This document shows positions 13,392 to 26,083 of a DNA stretch of 64,000 nt, piece by piece. Every line of letters begins with the position of its first letter. The stretch's first letter is position 1. A program made the translations under genes and the position numbers. The notes below the pieces were generated by a model. The model saw only the letters and a list, made by a program, of their open reading frames with translations, made no database searches and was not told where the DNA came from. The DNA comes from Basidiobolus meristosporus CBS 931.73 (lineage: Eukaryota > Fungi > Basidiobolomycota): contig MCFE01000011.1 of NCBI GenBank assembly GCA_002104905.1, forward strand, positions 197,330-261,329, read 5' to 3'.

Positions 13392-14009
13392 CTAACCTGG
13401 TACTTTGAATTCACAGCGTTGTTTGATCTGTGAGATACCGGTGAAGTTGAAGGTTCTATTGGCGTACTTTGCGGAATACTGTTCATCATACACCTCGACC
13501 CATTTCTGCGTGCATTCAGTGCATAGCTCGTTATCTGGTATATCAGTCAAGTGGGTATTTCTATTACCGAGTATGATTTTTCCTTCTTCTAAAAGACAGT
13601 AACGTTGTTGTGAGTCTCGGGTACATCCAACGGTCACAATTGGCTCGTAGTTATTGAGTACATATCCAATGATTTGGATCACGCTTTGTGGTAAGTCACT
13701 AAAGCAGTCCTGATGAAGCTTCACAACCAATTCATTTGTTAAAGATTTAGCACATCGAGGAGCGGTGCACAGGGTGTCTAAGAGTGGAGTGAATTGCCCG
13801 ATATTGCTTGAAGTATAGTTTTCCCAATCAATCGAGATAGCCTGTATCCAAAGCTGGCTAATGGGCAGACAAGTCACATCATCTGTCACAATGGAGAACA
13901 GAAATTGTTTGCAAATGGTTGAGAGCTGGCTAAAGATGGAATCCACTGGGGCGGCAGTTATGGCCAGCACGTAAGTTGTAGCTAGAAACGAAACAAAGAA
14001 AAATCTCAT
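13392..14009 (-). CDS. Secreted cysteine-rich hypothetical protein
   Basis: Signal peptide MRFFFVSFLATTYVLAITA; about 10 Cys (LDTLCTAPRC, GCTRDSQQRYCL, ELCTECTQKW). Confidence 0.7.
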   Translation of the reverse strand: MRFFFVSFLATTYVLAITAAPVDSIFSQLSTICKQFLFSIVTDDVTCLPISQLWIQAISIDWENYTSSNIGQFTPLLDTLCTAPRCAKSLTNELVVKLHQDCFSDLPQSVIQIIGYVLNNYEPIVTVGCTRDSQQRYCLLEEGKIILGNRNTHLTDIPDNELCTECTQKWVEVYDEQYSAKYANRTFNFTGISQIKQRCEFKVPG

Positions 14010-15224
14010 GTTGAAGTTCAAGTGTTGACTTTACCTGGTTATGCTGGGATATATAGAAAAGCACACTATTGGGTATGAGAGGTAGCGGTCGTTGGGCTTA
14101 TGAATTTTGCTAAATTTAGGTTAATGAGGCTTAGTAACGTGCCGGTGCTGGGCTAAGGTATCTCAATCTGAATTGGCAATTGGGTTCTCGATAAAACTCC
14201 CCAATGGAATCTGTGACAGCGTGATCCTAATGAAGGTATAACAAGGAGGTTGTGAGCTGGAGAACAGCTCCGTAAATTCTAATTTGTTTGATAACACTAT
14301 GATATGAAGCTCAAACCTTCTGGTTGGCACTGAAAGTCGTCTAAAAGTAAACATGGGTTGATTGCGTGATTTGTGCCGCTCTTGATCCTTGTATATCTTA
14401 GATTCAGAATGGCAATCCTATATTGTATTTGCTTTCTACGAACTGATCCATCGTGCTACGTGAAGGGCATCTGTCACTGGCCATTGGCGCATGCTCCCAC
14501 TCTAGAAAACCATCACTGATCGTCGTACAGAACTTTATTCAGGTAGAAAGTAATTTCGAGCATCAAGCTAAATTTGTACAAGAGTCACCGGAAGATTGTT
14601 TTGGTAACTCGGATATCGAGCCCTTTCATGAGAAACCATGATTCGGACAAGCTTAACGTCACCATAATCAGAATTTTGACTAAACTAATCATGAATCACC
14701 ATTTGGGATTTGCTGAGTAATAGTACGATCAGATGCGAGTCACAGATGTTCATCAACGAGCTCACTTTATTACCCAGCAATTCTGTAATAAAATATATTC
14801 ACCATTGTAGTATATTTGTTACGAACATCGACAAGTGAAACTCGAAGTGTTACAATTCACAATGTTATATTTTCACCGCACAATGAGGACTTACTGTGGA
14901 TCGTGTACTTAGCAGTCCTTGGAACTGACCTGAAAGCGGATGGCTTGTAATGCATGTGCTTGCAACGTTTAGTTTGGAAGCTGCCAATTTACCATATTGG
15001 GTATACTTGCAACCAGTCCAATCATAAAGGTTAAAAGTAAATATAACTACATCATACATCTCTGTAATCAAACATATTGAATATCATAAATAGATGGTAA
15101 GAATACGTTGTCATACATTTTTTGTAAAAGCTGCAGTTTCCCAAGCCCTTTTTTTTTGCCAAGCTACCGAAATTTGGCAAACGATAAATGTCTCGTTGCG
15201 CTTCTCCACTACTATCATAACTTC

Positions 15225-16524
15225 ATGGAGCAACCCGAAAACGCATTTTTTCTCAGTAGTTTAGTAGGAAGCTCTATTAGTACTGTAGCTAGTTTTCTCC
15301 TTATACTATGCTATGTGTTGCTTCCTGCCTGCCGGACATACCGACATCGGCTGATTCTTAGCTTATCTATTGCTGGTTGGTTCTTGACTTGTAAACTTCG
15401 TTTACCATTCTCTAATTACTGTAACTCTTTCCATTTCAGACTTTTTGAATGCTCTAAGCAACACAACGTCGGGCCTCAAAATGACCACTCAGGGGCCGCT
15501 AGAAGAGGGGGCTTTCTGCTCTGTCAACGGATTCGTGGGCCAGCTTACTGTCCAGGTTGCAAAGAAAGTTTCTTACTCTTTCTTTCAGTGATTAACCTTT
15601 CGACGTATATCTGGTCAAAACAGGCTCAAGACTTTTCCACTCTATTAATTGCGATAGTCACCTACACAGCTATTTCCAGACCCTTACAATGGTTGCATTC
15701 GTTGAACTTTCTTCAACGGTATGAGGTGTGGCTTTATGTATGTGTGTGGGGAATATCATTCATAACTGCATTGGTTGGCCTACTTGCTATAGGTTATGAG
15801 CCAGGTACATCCACTTGCGTTTACCTCCAACTCCAAATTCAGTTCATAATTTGCTCTCTTTCTAGTCACTGGAAATTGGTGTTGGCTCCCGGCCTACCCT
15901 GTCTGGGTTCGATACGTTCTGACCCATGGATTTCGCTATGCAATTATTCCCATAGTGTTTTTTCTATACATTCGACTGTTCATCCTACTGAAGAAATCCA
16001 AACCAGCAGAAATTACTAGTGACGAGACATATGTCAATAATTTAAATGCAGATGGTATTCAAGAAAACATTGAGCTGGCCTCAAGCTACCATACATTTAA
16101 AAGCGACCCTTCCCTACACAATGGGGGCCTAGAGTCCGACCTGAATGATGAGCATGATAACTCCGATGATAATTCAGCACATCATAGCTTCAAGCTCATG
16201 AAGTTGATGACTAAAATCGGCTTGAAGAAGAGAGGGCACGCCACCGAGGATATGGATAGTCCAAATCTCCGTAGAACTCCAAGTAATGAGAGGAGAGTGC
16301 ATCGAGTAATGCTAAAAATGTGCTTGTATCCAGTTATCTACACTCTTTGCTGGTTGCCGGGCATCATAAATCGCATCGTTGAAGCATCTAACGCACATAA
16401 CGATGTTTTGGCCACTTTACAAGCTTCTTCACAATTCATTGGTCTGTTTGACGCTGTAATGTATGGACTAACTGAGAATCTACGGCATGAGGTACGATCT
16501 AGACTTTCTAGAAGCTCAGCCTAA
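15225..16524 (+). CDS. Git3/Gpr1/cAMP-receptor-like 7TM GPCR, multi-exon
   Basis: Spliced segments RHRLILSLSIAD, FCSVNGFVGQ, GNWCWL, RYVLTHG, then KMCLYPVIYTLCWLPGIINR and GLFDAVMYGLTE, a typical Git3/CRL TM pattern. Confidence 0.85.
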
Positions 16525-16842
16525 GTGACTGACAATAGTCGCTATTAATTGTAACTTATATATACCTTAATACATCTGTGCTGTTACTGTGTTACAAACA
16601 TTACTTAAAGAACCTTTGCCATATGTTAATAACAGCTTTCGTCGACAACACAATTACATAGATGAATAAATCAATTTTACAACATGCCAGGCCGATGCTG
16701 ATTCAACTATAGATTTGCGTAATAATGCGTCTGACAGATTTATATATATTTAGCAAGTTGAGCTACTTTGTTCGGATGTACATTCGCGGACTAACTTTAC
16801 AGTTATCTTTGTAATAGATGACACACACTCAGGTAAATCTAG

Positions 16843-18938
16843 TTATTTTTTGATTTTCTTTATGTCTTTGGAGGATACTAGGGAAAGTCTCTTGCGCTGC
16901 ATGCATTCAATAAGTACAAATGAAACGGTGGACATGTAAAGAAAATGACATCCTTACCCCTGGTGTGAGTGAGCCATCTGAAGAGGCACCGTTTGTCAGT
17001 TCTTCGATCTTGTGCTTTATAACTTTGAGTTCGTGTTCTAACTTCTCAACTTGCTTCTTTTGATCCAAAAATGATAGGGTATCGTATAACAGTTCATCAA
17101 ACTTATTGCACACTGTGGCCGTAGGCATGATAGGTCGTGATGTTTCTAGAGCATTAATAAATTAGCCAGGTTAACAATTGATTGTTTCAAGTACTGGTAT
17201 TCGTCTACTTACTAATCCCATATTCCTCTAAAACGGCAGCAATCTTCTGGAATTGACTCTGTTTGATGGGGGCAATTCTAGTGCTGCGAAGATGTACTCC
17301 AGGTGGGAGTTTATCCTTCTTATTGGCGAAAGTAGATAATGAACCAGTGAGAGAGGAACCGGCGGCTAACAAATGCATTTCACCAAGTCGTTAGATTATA
17401 TGAAAATATACATGGGTTTTGCAACTTACATTCTGGTGTAAGGGTGGTCTTCATGGGAGTCACTTTGGGTGTCGACACATTTTTAGGGAAAGTAGATTTG
17501 AGCGGAGTAGATATCTCATTTGGCTCTTGTTTAACAACAGTCACTTCTTTAGCAGTAGATGGACTCGCATCCAATGCATGCTCCTTGGAGGGCTTCAAAT
17601 CTTTTTTTGTCAATACTTTCTTTTTCTTAGACTAAACGGTTGGTTTCAATTGTAAGTATGATACCCAAATAAATATATCTTGGGTCATTGCTATACATTT
17701 CAGACCACATTTTGGTAATAATTAAAATAAAACTGACTTTGAAAACGCCTTCAGGAAATGCAAGGGGATTCGGAGATATTGCAGTTGAGACTTCTTCTAC
17801 AGGAGTTTTCGGGATGTGTAGCTCTTTAGTGTTGAATAGTAGCAGGTGATTTTCCCTTTCCTTATACAAATTACGTGCATTTTGCTCAAATCTAAGGGAC
17901 TCGAAAAATAAGGACTCCTCAGCCTATATTAAACATTTCTTTAGAGGGAAATCGAGAATAAGACAACCAATTTAGCGAAAAAACCTCAATCTGTGTCTGG
18001 TTCCGAGCGTAAAGCTGTTCAAGGTTCTTTTTTCTTTGAGCCTCTTTCTCTGTATGCGATATGGATCGTCATGTTACTAAACGCGAGGGATATTTCAAGG
18101 AAGAACTCCTACCTTTATCAAAACTCATTGCCAGAATCCGTTCTTGGTTGATCTTCTCGCCCCTTGCCGCTCGAATTGCCAGCATTTTACTTGTGACGCT
18201 ATAATATCTTTCTTTCATATCCTAAAAGTAAAGTATAAATATCAAACGCACAATTGAATAGTGTACACGAAAACAATACCTCCATGGACTTTTCTGCACC
18301 AGGGAAATCGTATCGATCCGCAATTACGATAAAGCGCAAGTCGTACTGTTCACATAACCGAAAAAGGTAGTCGGTTTCCTCCTTGGACCAATTCTCCTCT
18401 AAAATAAGATTTCCAGTGTAAATACATGTAGATTAGGGAAGAGGCACACATCAGACGATCGACTTACGAGTTAAATATTGCTGATAATCTTCTTCAGTGT
18501 ATTCTACTAGATCAACAATTTTGTTGAACTGAGCAAATTGGTAATCTAGATGGTTTGGTCAGTTGACTAAAATTAAAGGATCGAAGCCCGCTTAAATAAA
18601 ACCTGTGGCTTCTTCTGACGTTCTTGCCCAGTGGTGTAAAATAAGGTCGTCTCCTCGAGCACTACTAGTGAATCCTTTCCATTCCCTGGCAATTTACTTG
18701 AGAAAAGGCGCGATAACAATTGATTTCAGACCTGCCTACCACTTGTCATCTTTGGCTCCACTATGTGAGACTCGTTTTCTACTTATTGATATTGGGGGAA
18801 CACCACCGGTTAGCTGAATAAGCTCCATATCTATGGAGAGACGGATATATTTATTAGGATCCTCAACCGTGATCGCGGAAAACCACAAAACTGCTCACCA
18901 GTCTTTTCATCTTGTTCGAAGGTCTCTAGCAACATCAT
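16843..18938 (-). CDS. SWC4: SWR1/NuA4 subunit Swc4/Eaf2 (DMAP1 homolog), many small exons
   Basis: Manually translated exons: WKGFTSSARGDDLILHHW; YQFAQFNKIVDLVEYTEEDY; SANT domain WSKEETDYLFRLCEQYDLRFIVIADRY; MKERYYSV; EAQRKKNLEQLYAR; KLPPGVHLRS; MPTATVCNKFDELL. Start and stop inferred from splice sites. Confidence 0.9.
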
Positions 18939-19533
18939 AGATCTTCCCAGACACGAAACAGTATTTTTCAATAGTCTGAAGGCAAGTTTGGATAATACTC
19001 TAAATCAAATCGGATAGCTAAGTATACTTGAGTATATTATAGCCTAAGTTAAGCCAAATAGAAAATGCATACTTGAAGAAATTCTGCATTAAACTGTTAC
19101 TTTAATCAATATTTAGCACACACCTTAACTACCGATCAAAATTGTTACAGAGCTTAATGACTGGTTCCACATGGGATTCGAGCTCCTAGACCAAAAATAG
19201 TGCCTACTTATTACAGAGTAAATAATATATCAATAAGGTTAGCCCAATCTATGTACAATATTTAACAGTTTCCAGGCAAAACTGCTGGTGGCCATTCCTC
19301 ATGAGCATGATCATGCATATCAATAGATTGGTCATAATTTATTGCTTTCAAGAACAGGAACCTCAAGTTCAGTCTAATACATACGTACATGGGGCAAGTT
19401 GATACAGTTTACTAGGTTGGCTAAAATATATGTTGAGTGAAATTGGATCAAGGTTGATTGTTTTACAAAAATATGTCCGGGTTAGTGAAATCATGCACCA
19501 AGTTACACGTTCTATATACAAAGGTTGCTGCCA

Positions 19534-20835
19534 TTATTGAGAGCTGAGGCTCTGGATCCATTCATCAGCCATTATCTCATCCATCGTGGCACGCATGTTG
19601 GGGTTGGGGTCCAGCATTCTTTTCAGTATTGTTGAGGCCACGGACGGGATTTTAGTAAAGAATCTGCCAGTCGCTAGATGCTCCAAATATAGCTTGTAGG
19701 ATTTGTTGTTTGACCTGGCAATCTCCCATGGAAATTTCTGGAGAACCATAGTGATATAGATTATCGCCGCGGACCAAATATCTGCCTTTCTAACATCGTA
19801 CGCCTCGCCGTTAAATATTTCTGGTGCAATGTACGGATCAGAACCGCATATATCCTCAACAAGTTTTGGCTGGTGGCCGAAAGTCTTGAATACTATCGCA
19901 CACCCAAAATCAATGATCTTGATGTGATCGTTGGCGTTGACACATATGTTTTCTAGTTTCAGATCACGATGTCCAAACCCACGCTCATGAAGGTAGCCAA
20001 GGCCTTGGATGAGTTGAATGAAGTATTTGTTGGCCTGATCTATGGTCATTTCACCGGAGTTGACAATTCGGAATAGGTCAGTAGGGCAGTGCTCCATAAC
20101 TTGATAAATCTCTCCATCTTCAAGGACGACATCATGAATGTCAATAATACAAGGATGCTGGACTGAAGCAGCAATAAAAATTTCGTTACTTAACCACTCA
20201 TAATACTGGGCTTCACTTTCACCAGGAAAGCGTTGTCGAAAACTTTTAACCGCATACTATAATTAAGACGAGAAATGCAATATCCAAATGGTTAATTTAA
20301 ATTCACACAACATCCACACTTGGGAGTCTACCTGCAAGCTAGCCTTCTTGCGAGTAAGATATATACTTCCCCCATTCCCTGAGCCTATCACGTCGACGAA
20401 AGCTCCGTAGCAGTCCTTTATTGAAGGTCCTTGGCGTTTTTCAAGGGCGTCGATAAGAGGGTAGGCTTTCTTCTTTTGACGTATTAGGACCTTCTTTAGT
20501 TGCGAGAATATGGTAAAGCGGCGTTTCTTTGTAGGGCTTGCTGTATGTTTTTTTATCTCAGAAAATACAAAGCGACTTGGAATCTGGGTAAGGTTGATGG
20601 AGGAGCATTCAAGCTCAGAATTAAAGCTCAAGGACGAATGTTCAGAGGATACTGTAGTTAAAGTAGAATATTTGTCTAGAGAAAGGGAAGAGCTAGGATT
20701 AGAGAGAAGGTGGATTTTCTTCCCAATACCACCTGGAACAGCCTCGGGAGGCAAATGATATACTTGGACCGCATTATGCTCATTTTTGCCCAAGCAAGGA
20801 GTGACGACCACCTCGATGGGACTTGTGCCAGGCAT
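19534..20835 (-). CDS. Ser/Thr protein kinase, fungal Hal/Npr-like family (2 exons)
   Basis: GSGNGG glycine loop, YAVKSF after the intron, HRDLKLEN, IKIIDFG, GSDPYIAPE, DIWSAAI; Ser-rich N-terminus. Confidence 0.9.
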
Positions 20836-22191
20836 TGTAAAAATTATCTTAATGAAGGTATTAGAGCACAAATAGCAAAATCCGGCAAACCCCGTTGCAG
20901 CTAAGCCTGATGTACAAAGTTGTATTTACAAAATGATTCACCGAATAGAAGGAAATGCTGTCCACTTATATATTCAGGAGAGGAAGCTTAAAGAATAGCA
21001 ATCCGTAAATTACATATTAATAGATTAATTAGTACGTTGGCGATTGTTTTTTTCTATTAATACCGGAGCAATAATATGTCTCATCAAGATTCAGCCTCTA
21101 CTGCCAGTCAGATGATAGTAGGCTTTTAATAGAAGCAGGTCAATGAACAGTTACCAATATAACCGAGTGCCTTCATGGGCTTGTTTCATGTCAGTATGTA
21201 AAAGGTTGGAGAAGCGCGATGACGAACTAAATTTGAAGATCATGATATAATGATGTATTTGGTCGGTAGTTTTGAATACGATACCAGCGACATTCTACCG
21301 CATAATACTGACCTCTTACGGTTTGTGTGAAGTGTGAATGGATGCATTTCCCATACTGAGATCAGGCGTAACAAATGTCCGCGCTGAAGGTGCATCAAAT
21401 CTCTTCATACAATAGTGATCACCTATAACTGTGTTGTTAGGCACACCACTTGCGTCAGTAACTCTGACGATGGAGCAGTACTCGGGCATTTTCGATCCAA
21501 AACCCTGCTAGGAACGAGCCAAAGTGTTACGACGGTGATGTTCATCACGTTCAGTGTGATTATGGTGATCTGGAGTATGCTTAGCGGATTGTTCAGTGGT
21601 GTGGTGCAACAACTGAAACGATGAGCATAATAGATCACCAGATCGTCTAGTAGAAAACAGTATCTGATAATTGTCTTATGACGACATTCGTAGCCATTTT
21701 GTAAGCCAAAAAGGATGCCACAAATACTAGATTATATATGACTTGTGTCAAGGGTTACCAAGTAAAAGGTTTTTTCTGCAAGTAAGGCTCAGTGGATAGC
21801 TTGGTACTTTAACTGCAAACGTATGTCCTATCCAAAACATGGTTCAACGAGCAATTAGGGGTTCATGATAGGCAGTAGCATGATTAAACATTGAATAAAC
21901 AATATCCTAAGTGGAAGACATAAACCTATTCCCTAGCTATACTTCAAATACATTGCATAATGCTTGTTATGTTTTATGTTTATCCCTATGCTCAGCTTCT
22001 GGACTCCTGTTTTAGTATTCGTGTTCGTTGTTTTTACTTGGTCCATTGAAGATCTAATGGTTACTCACGCACAGCGATGGATTTATTTATTTAATCTAGT
22101 GTTATTAAATACAGAGGAGTGGGTTGATAAAGCGAAAATGTAGCAGAGATTAATTTTCAAGGACGAAGAGTGATTACCTTGAGTGATCAAA

Positions 22192-22836
22192 CTAGTCGTA
22201 ACCCTGTAGCAAGTAGATCAGCTCAGGTGCCCACTTTTCAAAGCACTCCTTTTCGCACAAACCATCAGCGCTATCATGAAAGTTTTTGAGGTCCTTCAAG
22301 TAGTCCACGCGAAGTTTCTCGAGTTGAGTAGAACTACTATCTTTGCTCAAAATCCTTGACACAGCGTCCCAAATGAGCTTGTCGTATTTTCCTTGTTCTA
22401 CAGAATCCAATTTTATGGCCTCAACGACTCCAGCACGAGTTCGAGTTAGAACATCATCCAAGTAGTAGATGATAGAGCCAGGTGAGCCGCATACTTCCGA
22501 GCAATAATAGTTGGGGCATCCAGGGAGTTCCACTTGATAGCAACGAGCATGATACTTGCCAAAAATACCGTAGTCTACGATATCATGCAACTTCTCTAAC
22601 AAAAGTTGCTTAGATTTGTGGATAGCATTCTTCAGGTTCGCTTCTAAAGCAATGTGCGTTCGGATCTCATAGGATAATGTTGATTTAACATGCCCCTCGA
22701 AGCTAGTAAATAGTTCGGTTACCAAAGGAGTATATTTTTCAATGAAATCCCGGTCGGCAGCTTGTCGACATTCGTTTTCACAAGCAGTTGCAAAACCTAA
22801 AAGCCCAACAAACAAAATCGACTTCAAGAGCTTCAT
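22192..22836 (-). CDS. Secreted cysteine-containing hypothetical protein
   Basis: 214-aa ORF with signal peptide MKLLKSILFVGLLGFATA, CENEC, and GCPNYYCSEVCGSPGSI. Confidence 0.75.
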   Translation of the reverse strand: MKLLKSILFVGLLGFATACENECRQAADRDFIEKYTPLVTELFTSFEGHVKSTLSYEIRTHIALEANLKNAIHKSKQLLLEKLHDIVDYGIFGKYHARCYQVELPGCPNYYCSEVCGSPGSIIYYLDDVLTRTRAGVVEAIKLDSVEQGKYDKLIWDAVSRILSKDSSSTQLEKLRVDYLKDLKNFHDSADGLCEKECFEKWAPELIYLLQGYD

Positions 22837-23384
22837 CTTGTCAATTATAAGTCTTCGTGAGTAGATGCCTTGTCGGAAAAGCTCGGGAGAGTGCTCACAA
22901 GAAAAACAAACCGAAGTCTGAGATACTGATTAGGGAGGATGAATTCTTTTATACATCACGCTAAAATAGTTGGAAAGATTAAGGTCAGTTTTGTTCACCA
23001 GACACATTTCCCTTTTTGCTCCTTCATAAAACTTTGTGTGATACATCCTTGAAAAAATACGAATACCATTAGATAGGATATGTACTAAATACCATCCTCT
23101 TATTTATTGCTTCCAATGAATGATAGTTCACTTGTGACCATTATACCACTTTAAGGATTATTGCTTTTAGATAGGAGTTAGCTGTTCGTTGACAACAAAT
23201 ACATCAGCCGAAGCCATGAAGCCAATGCCTAGATACATGGAGGCCGCTCTATTAGTAGCAATTTGTATCACTTCTCACAAGACGTATGGAAAGAACAAAT
23301 ATGCAAGTTATAGGTGCTCGACGCTGAAAATTCCTTCCTAAACTCGTAAGGTAACCGAGCCAAACCTTGGCATTCCATACTGGT

Positions 23385-23530
23385 ATTCGTAAAATTGAAG
23401 TATTATACCTTTAAGGGGTTTAAACAATTGAGGGACCAGGCATGAAGGTTAATTGATATCTGGATATACAATCAAGTACAACATCCAATTTCACGGCGTT
23501 ATCCCAATATAGTAAGAGGACCACTGTTGA
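23385..23530 (-). pseudogene. Possible decayed pogo/Tc1-type DDE transposase fragment
   Basis: Minus-strand frames give VLLLYWDNA...QLTFMPG and (frameshifted) KPLKGII, resembling LLlDN.....lPpN...QPlD.GII. Interrupted and weak. Confidence 0.3.
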
Positions 23531-25291
23531 GTTTCAAGCTGGTAAACTTAACTTGAGCAGTTTCTGAGCAATATGGTAGTCCAATAGAACCCTGCATCTT
23601 CCAGAGCAGGGTTGGTGATGTCATGATTCATGGCCATGCACGGTTTGGTTATGAAAATTACATCAATTGAATAATATTTTGATTAATATTTTGCTAAGAG
23701 CATTGAAGTAGATGCCATGAAGTTTAACCAAACTGTATTACTAACTAGATTACAAATTCCCTCGTATCTAGTCTGAAAGTATACATTGGGACAAACCCTC
23801 TTACACCCTTTGTCGTAAATTTGTAATGTGTTGTGGCTACCAGCCTTTGCTCACTTTATTCAATGATCTTGGTCCAGTCCCTTTGAATTGTGCTTAGGCG
23901 CAGTTGATTTTATCAAACTTAACTCCTTCATAAAATTTGAATAGCCTAATCAACGTATACTTGGTATATATCTAACTTATACACCAAGCAAGAGAGTAGC
24001 AAGAGTACATTAATGTAGTGCATATCGGGCTCGTCAAACGATATTTTTTGCTTGAAAGGTACAATATAGTTAATATTAGTCTGGGTACCTTCCATCTAAA
24101 CTACGATGCATACTCGACTACTGTGACAGGAATTCACATGCTTTCAACGTTTATGAGAAATATAGATGTTTATCTCATGTTTGAAGTTACATTAATTGAT
24201 ACTATTTTACTAGATGACATCAAGTATCGTGATATCACACGACACCACATTGCTAGGAAATGCTTACGATAGTTTTCACACTCCTACGCTTTTGCAGTTC
24301 ATTATACATATTGATCAACTCTTGTACATGCAGTACCAGCTTGAGGTATTAGAAATAGATTAATGAGACTGTCCAACGTTGTAGGGATCAGGCGTAACCT
24401 AGCTTAAGCAGTTGCCACCAACGCATAAATACGGCTTCAATTCTATATTCTTGCAGCTATGAATATAAGGAAGTCGTCAGAATCGAAACGGTATACTTTT
24501 GGTGCATAATCGGAATGTTCTCACTATAGATGGAAGTGGGGTAAATCCATTAATAGCCTCGCAGAAAATCCATCACTTCTGATTTTCAGCGGCTTGTATC
24601 CAACTGGGAGTCTATTTTTAATGGATTTGACAAATCTACTTGATCTGGAATTTGCGGCTATTAATAGCGTTGTAATAAATATGTTCAAATGCCCATATTT
24701 GATGAATTCTAGCTCTCATTATTCGATATTTCAAGTAATTTTCAATAGTATGGTCATAAATTAAACGGCTCAGTCTTACGTTGAAAAGCGGTCCATATAT
24801 GAAAGGTTCGACTCAGGCTTCTGCTTCATTGGTTGTAGGGGGCTAATGTCAGTTGCAAGTGAATGAGAGCAAGATGCTAACCCATGTCGAGTATCCAGAA
24901 AAGAAGATCAGCTTATACAGGACGCGGGATCCCATTTCTGGCTCGTGTTACCATCAGATTCCTAGATTCCTAGATAGATATAAATGCAATACTGTGCCTC
25001 TCCCCCTTCTCCATCTTGCACGCTAATTAACTTTCGGGTGAATATCTCCTACATTTCCTTGGTATTACAGTTGAAACAATCCTATGCAATAGAGATCATA
25101 TCAATCTTTGACTTGATTTTTGTATCTATTGACTCCGATTTCTCAGTGTTAAATATTCGACCATCCCAGTAACTTGTAGCTTGTTTGGAATACTTCCATT
25201 CTTTATACTTCGATCCCATTCCTTCCCTTTGGTTGGTTAATCCAAAGCGCTTATACCATATATTCGGGACTCTTTCTAAAAACCCACCTAG

Positions 25292-26083
25292 ATGCCCTCT
25301 GAAATTACCCTTCCGCCACCTACTCTAAGCCTCAAAAAAGCGACACATAGCTATTTGACGGGTCTCACTCCATTGAGCGCTTACGAGTTAGAAAAAGACA
25401 CCAAGCTTGACATATCAAATGCTCCGTTTAATCAAATGGATATTACTGGTTCTACAGACGTTGCAGCGCCCAAAACCAAAGAAACTAGAGCCTATACACT
25501 AAAGCAGTTGTTTGCTGGTCTGAGACTTTTCACTACCACTGCAGAGGATAAGCTTTCTTCTGAGGAGAAGCTTTTTGAGGAATTTGAGAATGAGGGGCAA
25601 ACCCTAGGGGACGACATGTTACACCTGGCATTGAATGCCGACTTGCTCGAACACCGCCCCGATTACTCGCCGGTTAAATCAGCTTATATACTGAGTTTAG
25701 AAAAGCTACGTAACTGTAAAGAACGACCTATGGTGCAAGTACTTCTAATTCACCAGACCATGACGAGGCTTCAATGTTCGGTCACAGTTAACGGCCTACA
25801 TCCTTCACTTATTGAGCGTCGAGTATTGGAAAAAGCAGCATTCCTCAGGCGCGTAGGAAAGGCAACTTATTCCCAGGTTGCTCCTATTTCTACGCCTACG
25901 CTCTCTAAGCAACATTATATTCCTCCACCACCACCTTATTCTCGCTTCGAGAATGCGGAAGTCGTAAATGCCGAGGAAATTATTGACAGTGGGGACGATA
26001 ACGACGATAGTGATGACGATGACGATATTCCACTGGGCCTCTTACAAACCTACTTCCAAAATAGACAGAAATTCACACTCTAG
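25292..26083 (+). CDS. Hypothetical protein with PPPPY motif and acidic C-terminal DDDDIPLGLL
   Basis: 263-aa intronless ORF with a helical core (SLEKLRNCKERPMVQVLLIHQ). Confidence 0.7.
   Translation: MPSEITLPPPTLSLKKATHSYLTGLTPLSAYELEKDTKLDISNAPFNQMDITGSTDVAAPKTKETRAYTLKQLFAGLRLFTTTAEDKLSSEEKLFEEFENEGQTLGDDMLHLALNADLLEHRPDYSPVKSAYILSLEKLRNCKERPMVQVLLIHQTMTRLQCSVTVNGLHPSLIERRVLEKAAFLRRVGKATYSQVAPISTPTLSKQHYIPPPPPYSRFENAEVVNAEEIIDSGDDNDDSDDDDDIPLGLLQTYFQNRQKFTL

Noticed and set aside
21415-21638. Overlapping short ORFs on both strands
   Set aside because: No motif, splice pattern or paralog support.
24805-24814. B-box-like GGTTCGACTC
   Set aside because: No A box or cloverleaf around it.
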